The notes beneath the pieces were generated by a model. It did not search any database. It saw only the letters and a list, made by a program, of their open reading frames with translations, and was not told the origin of the DNA. From Eledone cirrhosa (taxonomy: Eukaryota), in NCBI GenBank assembly GCA_964016885.1, contig OZ024742.1, positions 107,880,001-107,944,000 on the forward strand: a stretch of 64,000 nucleotides of DNA. The letters run 5' to 3'. Of the stretch, positions 51,670 to 64,000 are shown piece after piece (position 1 is the stretch's first letter; every line of letters starts with the position of its first letter). The translations under genes were made by a program, and so were the position numbers.

Positions 51670-52610
51670 GAATCTCTATGGAAAATCCTCAAGCTCATCG
51701 GCGAGCCTCCCAAGATCACCACCCCGTTCCAAAGCAGTGCCGAGAGTTGTACGCAATGAACGTGACGGACTCCGACCGGTTCCCCCCAACAGCGGGGTCA
51801 GACAGGGCTGCGTGGCTGGCCCCGACTTCGTCAACTGTGTCATCGGCTATCTGATGACCAAAGTCTGTGAGAGAGTTTCTTGCGCTACCTTTGGGAACTA
51901 CCACCTTACCGACCTGGATTACACGGCTGATTCAGCACCCTATTCAGCATCTCAATCGATCAGCTCAGGGACGCATTCACCATATACCGAAAGGAATCGG
52001 CAAAGTTTGACCACCAGGTGAGCTGGGCGAGAGCCAAGCTGATGTATGTCAGTGATGATCCGGACCCCCCCCCCCCCCCTCGCTTCATATTGGACTCGAC
52101 AGTCACCAGCAATGGAGATCTGAACCCGGAGATCAACTGTTGGTGTGGTCTAGCCGCTGAGGTCATGCACTCCCTATTGAAACCCCTTGGGTGCCACTGC
52201 TCTATCTCCTAGAAGACGAAGCTCCGTATCTACAACACGTTGGTCTTCATCATTCTCTTCTATGTAGTAGAAACGTGGCCCCTCACAAAGACCCTGGAAA
52301 AGAGGATCAACGGTTTTGATAGCAGAGCTTTGAGGACCATCGAGAACATCAGATGATACCAACACGTTTCCATCAAAGAGTTGCGCGCGCGCATCAACTG
52401 ATACGGACACGTCCTTCACCTGCCGCCAGATCATCCTACTCGGGCCTTACTGGCGTTTGACACAGCAGCTACAGGCAGGATGTCATCAAGGAAGATCTCC
52501 AGAGTCTCGATGTCACATTGAATGATGCAGGGGGGCTGGCGCAGGACCGTCAGCAATGGTGGACACTAGTGAACCAGGTCGGCTCTACGCATGATGACGC
52601 CGCTGGGATC
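51670..52610 (+). mobile_element. Decayed RTE-clade LINE (RT to 3' end)
   Basis: SGVRQGCVAGPDFVNCVIGYLM...LTDLDYTAD, KTKLRIYNTLV..LFYVVETWPLTKTLEKRINGFDSRALRTI and YGHVLHLPPDHP, with stops and frameshifts. Confidence 0.88.
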
Positions 52611-52652
52611 ACTAACCTAAAACAACCCCAGTTTCTTTGAGCAAGAGCAAAA

Positions 52653-52696
<44 letters not shown>

Positions 52697-52699
<3 letters not shown>

Positions 52700-52773
52700 C
52701 GAAGGAGTTGTGGTAAGGAACCAGAAATAGCCGTCGAAATAGCTTGAGCTCTGCCGTCGAGGTCATACATTTT

Positions 52774-52776
<3 letters not shown>
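52697..52776. repeat. Short rearranged family A copy
   Basis: An inverted tail (aacgaaggagttgtggtaaggaacc) is fused to tagccgtcgaaa.agcttgagctctgccgtcga ggtcatacattt. Confidence 0.7.
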
Positions 52777-52830
<54 letters not shown>

Positions 52831-52921
52831 CAAAGAGAAACAAACAGAGGTACAAAAAGGAGACAGGATTACACTGGAGAAAAGAAAAAAGGTCAGAGAA
52901 AAGACACAAACACACCACGCA

Positions 52922-53019
<98 letters not shown>

Positions 53020-54379
53020 GTCTCAGTAGCGGGTGAGTAAACGTTACTGAAGATCAATGTTTATTATACATAAGCATTTACTTTCATATAAACTTATGTT
53101 AAACTTATGAAACATGCTACTGCTAATTAAACATCATTAACGTTTAAACTTACACAAGGAATTTATAAACAACCTGCGTATTCAAAGGTAAGGGAAATAA
53201 CTCATTGCTTCGATTACATTATATTGTAGTTAGTTGTCTAATCGATATTGATCATATGAAAGGTCAAGTTGACTACGCTGAATCTGGAAACCAGAACAGT
53301 GATATATAAAATGTAATATCAGACAATTAATATCTAGTCAACTAACTGTATCTCATCCTCAACCAATGAAGTGGAATAGACTCTGTATCAACGAAGAGTG
53401 CTCCAGTTGTTCGACCAAAGGAACAACGTCAACATTCACATATTCTTTCACTCTATATCATACCAAAATGATCATCCGATCATATTATTCGTCAGAGGAA
53501 GAAGAATATAAACGCCTGGAATCGAACTCACAAGATTTAGATCGTAAGCAAAACTCTACGCCACGCGCCTTCGCATCCTCTTTTACTCCATTTCGTAAAG
53601 AAATAGCTCATCCAATTGTATTATTCGCCAAAGAAAGAAGAATATAAATATCAGGAACCATTAAGACACACGCCTCCCCACTCCTCGGTAGTACACTATT
53701 ACTGAACGCTGAACGTGATTCGGTCAGTAATAAATATAATGTTAATGTCATATAATTAGATCGCTGATCAGTTTGGAGTGTTGTAGGAAAAATCTCTAAT
53801 TTCTCCTTCAACAAATCTTTCATTTTCCTTGCATTATCATGTTTTCTTCATTTGAAATGAATGCGTTGGTTGTATTATATTTGCAGAAATTCTTAGACAA
53901 TAAAGCAATAGTTAATAAACACACACTCACATACACACACAAACACAAAACGTAAACACTCACACACACACTCTCACTCACATACACAAACACACACACG
54001 CACATATATATATTTCATGTTCTGTTGCGGTATTAGAATTCATGAATCGAGTTATTTTCTAGTTTGCAAACAACTTTGACAGATATGAGGCAACATATTA
54101 CTGGCGTTAAGGAAACGAGGCAACGTCACAGTATTTGAATGGAAACGGTCAATATTTGAAGATAGAACGAAAGCAATATCTTTGAGTTCTAATTTGTCGA
54201 TATTATTGGGAGACTTTCATGTAGAATAATTCTGTTTTCTACTAACATCACCATTGCTTATATACTTGGAGATAGACATTTATGAGCTAAAGTTTCGATA
54301 TTTATAAATTGGTGCAGTGAATACTATTAAAACAATGCAGATGTGTGTATATATTTATTTGTGCATATGCTATGGATGT

Positions 54380-54567
54380 ATGTGTGGGAAGGTGCGTGGC
54401 TTATTGTTAGGGTGTTCGGCTCACAATCATATGAACCGTGGGTTCGATTCATAGATCAGGTGTCGCATTTTGTTCTTCAGCAAGACATTTTATTCCAATT
54501 GCTCCAGTCAACTCAGCTGGTAAAAGTGAGATGTATCTGTATTTCAAATGAAGCAGTTTTACCACAC
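54380..54567 (+). mobile_element. tRNA-derived SINE (same family as 33985)
   Basis: ggaaggtgcgtggctta...ggttcgattc...ttcagcaagacattttattccaattgctccagtcaactcagctg. Confidence 0.7.
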
Positions 54568-54807
54568 TGACTATGTTAGAAACCGACTCTCTCTCTATTG
54601 CCAAAAATTTATGAAATTATAAAACTAAAAGAACATACAATATATATATATATACATATATATATATATCTGTATGTATATTGATCATATATATCTGTAT
54701 GTATATATATAATATATATGTGTATATATATATATTGTATGTTCTTTTGGTTTTATAATTTCACAAATTTTTGCCAATAGAGAGAGAGTCGGTTTCTAAG
54801 ATAGTCA
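54568..54807. repeat. ~75-bp inverted repeat around a microsatellite spacer (MITE-like)
   Basis: tgactatgttagaaaccgactctctctctattg...aaagaacatacaata and its near-perfect reverse complement at 54732-54807. Confidence 0.8.
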
Positions 54808-55097
54808 CAAGACTCTCTCATTGGAATTTAAACAACATCAACTAGGTAGATATGTCTACATGTCTGCATGCATGCGTGTGTGTGCAGGTATGGATATTTT
54901 GTATGTGTAGATGTTTTGAGTTAGTGAAAATGCACATGCTTTGCATATGTACATGTGTACATACAGTTATTAGATGCAGAATTTTTGGAATGTTTTACAT
55001 ATTTTTGCTGTTTCATTAATGGATTTTACTTGTCATTTCCTAATTGTGTTCTTTCTGTTTCTTATGTATGGTTTTATAATTTCACAAATTTTTGCCA

Positions 55098-55128
<31 letters not shown>

Positions 55129-55444
55129 TGTATGTATGTATGTATGTATGTATGTATGTATGTATGTATGTATGTATGTATGTATGTATGTATGGATGTG
55201 TGTGTTTATGCTTATGTTTATGTGTGTGTGTTGATCAGTACACATTTGTTGAAAAATAACGTATCTTCCATCTATATTAGTATTTACTACATTTTTCTAA
55301 GACTTTTTTCTAGAAATATTATATTTTTCAGGTCTTTCTCCTGTTATAATTTAAAAACAATGCAGGGAAATCAGGTTAATAGGTTTGTTGTTCTTTTTCT
55401 TTTTATCCAGCTATAAACATATTCGTATGGATTATAGACATTGT

Positions 55445-55642
55445 CAATAATGATTTCTACTATAGGCACAAGACCAGCAATCTGGGGAGAGTGGAAAGTG
55501 CATTACTGGTACTTTATTTTATCCACCATGTAAGGATGAAAGGCAAAGTTAACCTCGGTGGGATTTGAACCCAAAACGTAAAGGGCCATAACTCTATGTT
55601 GCAAAGCGTGTTGTCTGACGCTCTACCGATACTGCCAATCCA
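55445..55642 (-). mobile_element. Nin/Deu-domain SINE
   Basis: The reverse complement reads ggttcaaatcccaccgaggttaactttgcctttcatccttacatggtggataaaataaagtaccag. Confidence 0.75.
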
Positions 55643-55784
55643 TTGTCAATAATGATGATAATGATGATGAGGAGGAGCAGGAGGTGGTAGGAGATTAGGA
55701 TGATGGAACTATTACTAGTATAAATATCGATACTGAGGCATCTTTTAATCCGACATCATAACGGCTCTACCAATTCACCGCTTT

Positions 55785-55842
<58 letters not shown>

Positions 55843-55966
55843 GTTAATATTGATAGAAATGTGAATTTCGCTGATAATAAATACGAACGGGGCGATGATA
55901 ATGATCGTCATAATTTCAATGCTATAGCGAGGGCGACATTAACAACGGCGTTCTATAACCTTCCAG

Positions 55967-56114
55967 CCATCCACAGACCACTAACCATTCCCATCCACAG
56001 ACCACTAACCATTCCCATCCACAGACCACTAACCATTCCCATCCACAGACCACTAACCATTCCCATCCACAGACCACTAACCATTCCCATCCACAGACCA
56101 GTAACCTTCCCCAT
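55967..56114. repeat. 24-bp minisatellite, ~6 copies
   Basis: (ccatccacagaccactaaccattc)n. Confidence 0.9.
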
Positions 56115-56834
56115 CGTTAGATTTCCATATGGTTTTCATCGAAGAATTTTTCCGCTTGACCTTTCAATTCTCAACATTGATTCTTTGGCTTAGAATTATC
56201 GAGGACCTGAGCGGCAGCGGTGGCAGACACGGTGCTGAAATATGTTGGTTTCTATGGAAGTAAATATCACCAGATCTCACATACAACACGGCGTCAAGGT
56301 ATTAATCAGATATGTGTGTGTGTGTGTGTGTGTGTGTGTTGAATATCCGTTGGTTCTTGCAATGAGTTTTCCAATTTTTTTTAATCATCGTAAAAGCATA
56401 GTCGTAAAATTGTGATGCAAGTGGCAAAGCATTACACAGGCACGTGTACCCTTAACGTACATTAAAAAAAATATAATTAGAAGCTTCCTCTATATTTTGA
56501 GTAGAGAAAATAGTCTAATAACAGTGCATATGAATACCCATAAAAAAGTATTAACACTTTATGCGAATTTTTCTCCATTTTAGGGGGTTTCATATGACTT
56601 GTTATAAGACTATTTTTAGATAACACATAAATGAATTTATTCAAAAGCAAAAAAACAAACCTTATTTAGTAAGAAAAAAAAAGGGGGGGGGGGAACAAAG
56701 GAAAGAAAGAATAGGGATATATAAAAAAAGAGAGACAGAAAGAAGAAAAAGAACGGGAAAGGGAAGGAGGATGACAAGAGACTATTTCTTGTAATCAAAA
56801 TACGGTGAAAGCCTCTCTCTCTCTCTCTCTCTCT

Positions 56835-56912
<78 letters not shown>

Positions 56913-57045
56913 AGAGCGAGTTTGAAATTAGAAATAGAAGTTTTCGCCGTACATGTACGTCAATACTCATCTTTTTCTATTTCTTTGAGGGTTCTAAACC
57001 CCATTATCAGGCTAAAATTTATTTAGTAAAAAAAGACGGCGAAAG

Positions 57046-57116
<71 letters not shown>

Positions 57117-57422
57117 GGGAAGTAAGGTTCTATACAAAACAGTGGTTATAGAGAAAAAGTGAAATTGGAAATAGCATGGAAAATATATTTAAGGGTCTGT
57201 TTTTCCTTCTTTATTTTTCTTCTCTTTGATTCGTCAAAGTGACATTATTGAAAAAATGAGAGGGACAATTCTTTTAAAAAAGTTTTATAATGTATATAAA
57301 GTATATAAAATATAACTCGTTTCGATGTATTAGTACTTTTTCAATAATGTCACTTTGACGAAAAGAAAAAAAAAGAAAAACGGACCCTTGTATATATTTT
57401 CCGTGCAATTTCCAATTTCACC

Positions 57423-57599
<177 letters not shown>

Positions 57600-58064
57600 C
57601 ACGAATAGGTAAAGCAATTAAGATTAAAAAAATGACCTCAAATACTTCGCGGTCCAAAGTGCAGTTTCGCCCTAAAGGCTAACTAAATATTTTAATAATA
57701 TATCATATCAGACTAGGAGAATTCGCTCTTCAGGGAACCTTCTCATATTAGGAGAAATTTATAGTGACCGCTACCACTGATGTTTTCGAAAGGGACACAC
57801 ACCACGTGGTATATAGTTCAAAAGAAGGGAAGTAACGGATAGACGGTTGGCAAGTAAACGTAGATGATAGAGATAGGAGTTCGTTTTAGCCCATTTCATT
57901 CGACCGTGAATGTAGTATAGAACAAATAACTGAAGCTACATATATACGTATATATATAAATTCAAAAGCGTATACACACATACAAAAAAGTATCCGTTAA
58001 TTACAATTATCTAGTTAATTCATTATTTGAACAAAAATTGTTCAATGAATTATATGTGTATATG

Positions 58065-58126
<62 letters not shown>

Positions 58127-58155
58127 TATATATATATGTATCTTCAATTATTTGT

Positions 58156-58238
<83 letters not shown>

Positions 58239-58738
58239 CCCTCAAACTCTACCTAATCCTTTTTCTTAAATAAATTAAATATCATCCAGCAAGAATTGCC
58301 TCCCCCTGCATATTAACTCTCTAAAAAGGGAAATCATATCAAACCTCAGTCCACCATTTGCCTCCATCATGGAATCATGGATCAACTAAGCACCCTTGCT
58401 ATATTAACACATTTTGTTCTGCTTAACTTCAAGAACTATGCCTGTAAATAACATTATTTTTTCTTTCACATTGACTTTTTATGCTCTACATCACGCCCGT
58501 TTTTTTTCCTTTTTCTTTTTTCTTTTCACTTCATAAACCTTGTTTGTAAATAACATTATTCTTTCTAAATAAATGCCATTGTTAAATAATAAATAAATCA
58601 ACTAATACCTTAACACTTCACACAAAGTAAAGTAAAACATTTCGTTTTAATCATTTTCTAACCCAGAAAAAAGAGAGAGAGAAATAAAAAAAGAAAAAAA
58701 TATATTTTTCTTCCTAATACTTGTCTCTTTTTCCCTGT

Positions 58739-58799
<61 letters not shown>

Positions 58800-59099
58800 G
58801 AGAGAGAGAAAGAGTCTACGGTGCTGAGATTGGGGCAACTACTAATCATGGGAGTACTCAATGCATGGAGAGATGCAGTGTGAGTATAGAGATATACCTT
58901 GATAGGGCTTGCTGAACACACAAACCAAAACCGCTTGGTGCCGCGGTCGGGATTTTACATATCTTTAGCTATCTGTCGGTCTGTCTGCCCCCCCCCCTCT
59001 CTCTCTGTATATATATATATACTTTTACGTGTTTCAGCCAGTACTAACGCAGACCACGACTTGCGGAATAGCCACAAGGCGAAGTCTTTCAGATCCTGA

Positions 59100-59382
59100 T
59101 TCACATCATGGCCCACTGCAGAAGTTATTGTTGCCAGAGACATATCCAGGTGTAGGGGATTATCCGGATTTTCGTGGAGAAATGTTTTCAATGACCTCTT
59201 GAAATTTATGTCTTCTTGCATTTTTGTATGATATGAAAGAGAGTAGGATCAGGTGAAATAGTTGTGCTGTAATGTGGTTATGGGTTGCGAGGTCGATTTT
59301 TGTAGAGGACAGATAGTACGGAGACCAAACTTTGGATAGATTCTAAAGTTGATGCCAACATTATTTGGGCAATGTTGACGGG

Positions 59383-59387
<5 letters not shown>
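59100..59387 (-). mobile_element. CR1/L2-group-like LINE 3' remnant
   Basis: HCPNNVGINFRIYPKFG...LQHNYFT and FKRSLKTFLHENPDNP resemble the LINE C-terminal FK..LD.FL..IPD.P motif. Confidence 0.5.
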
Positions 59388-59472
<85 letters not shown>

Positions 59473-60316
59473 AATATATATATGTGTATGCATGTATACA
59501 TACAATCATTTTGAATGAGACAATGAGATATGTGCTTGCTGAATTGAAGCATAAATGTCTAGGTGAATGTGTAGCATGATTTTAAATAGAGTGCAGTCAT
59601 TAAATTAGGAAGAAAAAATAGTGACTCTACTTTCCAAAGGAAAAGAACACACTAACGTAATGTTTTTGAGAAAAAAAAGAACAGTTTCGAAATGGTATCT
59701 GTCGTTTAAACTTGTATGATTTATAGTAGCTTCACTTCCCATATCTTTAAATGATGCTCTACTGGAAGAATTAAAAAAAAAAAAAACGTGTTACCAAGGC
59801 TGGTTGCGTTGATGTAACTTGTCTAGCACATTTATCGCGAGAAAATAGGAAATGGTGAACATGACAAGAACGAGGAGAAAGTAGATAAACTGTGTAATGG
59901 TGATCAATCTGTTGGGCTGCCACCCTCTCCCTTCTATCACTAACAACGTTCCACCTCAATAAAATTCTACTGAAATTGGTAAACTTTAGTTACTGGAGTA
60001 TTTCTATAAGCTTCAGGAAATCTAAAAAAATTCTTTCTTTTCTTTTCTTGCTGAAACTTTAACTAACAACTGTAATATAGAAGAATAAAAAATTCCTTTG
60101 CTTTACAAAAAAACAAACAAAAGAAATAGCAAAAATTAAAATACACAAATATAGAACATGTGTAGTGTCTTCCATTTCTACATATCTTCATTCTAAAATA
60201 AAGGAGAAATAATAAAAAGAAATACTTGTCCCGGGTAGGATGTCTGGTGATCGACAGAGCAATCAAATACATGGTTTCTGAAATATGAAATAAAGCTTTC
60301 CCACCTCTATCTGATT

Positions 60317-60371
<55 letters not shown>

Positions 60372-60454
60372 GGAGGTGAGTTTTATTGTAGTACAATAAA
60401 GCAATGCAGATATCGGATAAGAAGCACTCTACAGTTTGTAGGACTGGAGTATAC

Positions 60455-60787
60455 ATAATATAAGATCAAAAGATGGTTAAAGGAGTTCCATGTATTTTAT
60501 TATGCGCATTTCAAAAACAAACATCATCATGCAATAATATTTGTGTTTTCATCAGATAAAACAGGAGAACATGATATGAAGGGTAAAAAACACTTGTGGA
60601 TATTACACACACACACACTCCTCTAATATGTTGATTTAAAACTGCACTATCCACAAGTGTTTTTTAGCCTTCATATCATGTTCTCCTGTTTTATCTGATG
60701 AAAACACAAATATTATTGCATGATGATGTTTGTTTTTGAAATGCGCATAATAAAATACATGGAACTCCTTTAACCATCTTTTGATCT

Positions 60788-60797
<10 letters not shown>
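60455..60797. repeat. ~145-bp inverted repeat, each arm containing a hammerhead
   Basis: Arms ~60455-60600 and ~60650-60797. Confidence 0.88.
60689..60755 (+). ncRNA. Type-I hammerhead ribozyme (mirror copy at 60495-60561, minus strand)
   Basis: ttttat-CTGATGA-aaacacaaatatta..tgatgtttgttttt-GAAA-tgcgca-TA-ataaaa. Palindromic stem III, AUA triplet. Confidence 0.7.
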
Positions 60798-60874
<77 letters not shown>

Positions 60875-62130
60875 AGTAGTAGCACAACAGTTAGTTCACC
60901 ATACCGAGAACAATTGTTTCACCTCAGCGGATCTTCAGCTCGGACTGGTCATGGTTAAACGGAACAGCAAGAACAACCGTATGAACGCGCATTTGCAGAG
61001 ACGGTTACTTCACCCAAGCGATACAAAGCCACGGGAGAAAGGTGTAAGGGAGATAACTGCGAAAGTCCGGAAAAGATCTGATAAAAAATTAGAATGTTGC
61101 TGTTATTCAATCCGGAGCTTTGTAGTTATGCAAGAGGGTGTTTCCAGACGTGTGGACAACGTGAGGAGATTTCATTTCTTGAAATTAGGCAATCGCTATT
61201 GCGTAATCTCCTTAGAATATTTATCCTTTCTTCAATAAACAGTCCACAAGACGGATTGCCCCTTGCGTATGGATTGGACTTAGTGATGGCTTTCTATTGA
61301 ATGGAGTAGTCTATACCTGAGTCATTGAGGGACCATACGTGGCTCGCGAGTTTCGTGGATGATCGTTTGGCCGGGTACCTAAAGGTCGACTGATGGTTCA
61401 GGAAGCGGTCTTTAAATCGGCCCTCTGCCATATCCACATACGAGTTGACCTCCTGCGGTTGACTTGGTCGGTTGGAAGAGACCACAGCTTCATAAACTAC
61501 AGCGGGTGTGTTGCATTGCTGTTGAAGGGGACATGCTTCTGGCTTTCGGCAAGAGCATCTTAAAAGAAGATTTAACTTCTACCTTTAATGAGTTAGGACT
61601 TAGGATAACAGTAGCTACCAACCTCTCTAGCATAGATTTCTTAGACATTAATTTGACCTTCGCACACATACCTTCAGACCCTTCCATAAGCTAAACGAAA
61701 AACTAAATTACATACACAAGGACTCATTCCACGGTCCTACTGCTTTTAGAAACTTCGTAAATAATATCAGTACTAGAATCTCTAACCCCTCCTCTAATAA
61801 GGCTATTTTTGATAGAGCGGCACCCTACTATTACATGGCGTTATCTAACAGCGGCTTCTCGCAACCAATTACTTACTCCCCCACTAACAACAACAGCAAT
61901 AAGAAAAGAAATCGTAACAATAGACAAACTATCTGATTATCTCTTCCCTTCTCACTCAACGTTAAAACTAATGTAGGAACTTTTTTTTAGCCCTCTTAGA
62001 TAGACACTTTCCCATAGGTCACAAATACCGCTCCATCTTTAACAGACACAGAGTAAAACTAGGGTACTCCTGCGTTAAGAATATGAAGGCCCACATCACC
62101 AACAGTCCTAAGAACGGCACCCCATCAGTT
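60875..62130. mobile_element. Rearranged PLE remnant: minus-strand GIY-YIG plus 3' end joined to plus-strand RT C-terminal half
   Basis: Minus ~61130-61510: VYEAVV...SYVDMAEGRFKDRFLNHQSTFR..STKLASHVWSL..Y.I..NPY...SRNEISSRCPH. Plus ~61540-62110: [51 protein letters not shown]. Confidence 0.82.
60904..60943 (-). ncRNA. Minimal type-I hammerhead ribozyme in a PLE 3' region
   Basis: ccgag-CTGAAGA-tccgctgaggt-GAAA-caattg-TT-ctcgg. Perfect stem I, GUU triplet, ~200 nt downstream of a GIY-YIG remnant. Confidence 0.8.
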
Positions 62131-62189
62131 ATATATATATATATATGTATATATGTAAGCATATATGTATATATATATATATATATATA

Positions 62190-62257
<68 letters not shown>

Positions 62258-62279
62258 CTTACATATATATATACATACA

Positions 62280-64000
62280 AAACAACAACGTAACAACCGC
62301 CACCGCCGCATCCACCAACACCGAGCCACACCTCAATGATGCGACGCACCTGGTCACGGACCTAACCGGCATTCTCACGAGCGACGAGCTCAAACTCCTA
62401 CACCTCGGATCCAAGTTCATCGTCTCACAACGACTCGACGACAGACTCAAACTCGACATCGAGGCCAACTTTTGTCGAGCCGCTTACCAACTTAAATGGG
62501 TAACCGCCATCAACAGCGCCACAGAAAATAACAGCGCCCACGCAACCCACCCCAAGTTCCCCACTTACCACCCGACAACCCACTCCACCCCCACCCACCA
62601 ACCACGAACTCGACACTAAACTCATCAGGCTAAAACACTCCATCTCAGATATACTTCACAAACACACATGCACACGCACAACACACAACCTCACCAAATC
62701 TCAACTCACCACTCTCTCCAACTTGAAATCGAAGAAACTCATCTACCTCCCCTCCGACACCTGGCCCTCAAACACCTTGACGATAACAACCTCTAATCCA
62801 AGGTTACGGGAATCACTCCCGCGCAGATAGAGGAGCACATCAACGCCGCCTGGACCAACATCTGCGACCGGCGGAAGCTCCCGAGGAACAACAGACTACC
62901 CGCCTTCTACCACCTCGTGAAAACACACAAACAGGGACCCGACCTGAAGATCAGGCCCATTGCATCGAGCGTGGAAGGACCGCTCTACAAAATTTCATGG
63001 CTCCTAGCCAGAATACTCAAACCCATCTTAGACACCTTGTCGGGACACGTTAACAGCTCCGAGGAGGTGTTGGAGCGCCTGCATCAAATGGATCCCGACA
63101 CCAGAAAGGCTAACAGATATACCTTCAGCCTTGGTGTAGTCGCTCTCTACACCTCGGTCCCGGCACTCTCGGCCGTTAATATAATGATGGAACGCGTCCA
63201 ATCCACCGACCTACACTGCTTCGGGCTCACCACCACTGACATCCACCAACTCCTATCCATTGTCGTTGACAACACATACTTCGGATTCCTTGACCAAACA
63301 TACTAGCAAACCTCGGGACTGCCCATGGGCTCAAGCCTGTCGGGTGTGCTAGCGATCTCACACATGGACAGCCTCGAGCGCAAGGCACTCAATGCCTGCC
63401 ACCCCAACGCCGTCGCTTTTTTCTCAAGGTACGTGGACGATATCCTCATCCTCACATCTTCCCAAGACATGGTGAACAGAATCTATGAGACGTTCAACAA
63501 CACGGACGAGAACATTGATTTCAGTGTTGAACACCCCAGCGACGACGGGTCACTTGCCCTCCTCGACTTCCGAATCAACATCACGGAACAGGGAGGGATC
63601 CACTGCAACTTCTACCGAAAGGCAGCCTGCAGGGACCTGTTCGTCCAATACAAGTCCTCCCTCTCTAACAGTGCTAAAAGAGGATACATCACGAACGAGA
63701 TCACGCGAATTAAAAACAGATGCAGCGATCCCCCGAGTGGTGTCACTCATACCAAGCGATTTCTCGAAGTGCTGGAGACGAACGGGTATCCTGCCTCACT
63801 CACAAACAGAATAAGAGACACCAGACACAAGAGGCAGAGAAACACCCAAGGCAAGTGCTTCCTTAAAATACCACACCTGGGCGAGAATACCACCAACGCT
63901 ATCCGCAAGGCTATACGGAGGGAGGGCCTCGACATTCACCTGGCCCACTCGGGCCACTCCCTGCGAAGATGCCTCTCCAGGAAACCCGGGAAATCAACTG
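62280..64000 (+). mobile_element. Decayed PLE reverse transcriptase (Penelope/Poseidon-like), runs off the window end
   Basis: [76 protein letters not shown]...LALLDF, YRK, NGYP. In-frame stops. Confidence 0.9.

Noticed and set aside
55861-56193. ORF with (IHRPLTIP)n and a CRISPR-like or telomere-like look
   Set aside because: Head-to-tail 24-bp minisatellite with no spacers and no coding support; eukaryotic context.

Overview
AT-rich animal genomic DNA, very dense in (TA)n/(CA)n/(TATG)n microsatellites. The Nin-domain and CORE-like tRNA SINEs and the overall repeat make-up suggest an octopus or other cephalopod (inference). Nearly all ORF-track entries are microsatellite noise. The only supported host gene is a minus-strand cationic amino-acid transporter (SLC7A/CAT-like), with two phase-compatible exons at 32721-32840 and 19377-19572 and a 13.1-kb intron between them. 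The rest is transposon-derived: six decayed Penelope-like elements (PLEs, RT and/or GIY-YIG) of several lineages, most with an inverted copy of their 3' end at the 5' junction; RTE and CR1-like LINE fragments; a bipartite non-autonomous RTE element; SINEs; and a near-identical 3.99-kb tandem duplication. The most interesting layer is non-coding. Reading by eye gives about a dozen type-I hammerhead ribozyme (HHR) folds in about 8 unrelated repeat families. These include ~592-bp tandem units each carrying a U3-A8 compensatory-core HHR (retrozyme-like, predicted to give circular RNA monomers), and short elements that fold back at the putative HHR stem II. All folds were paired manually and none was tested computationally or experimentally.
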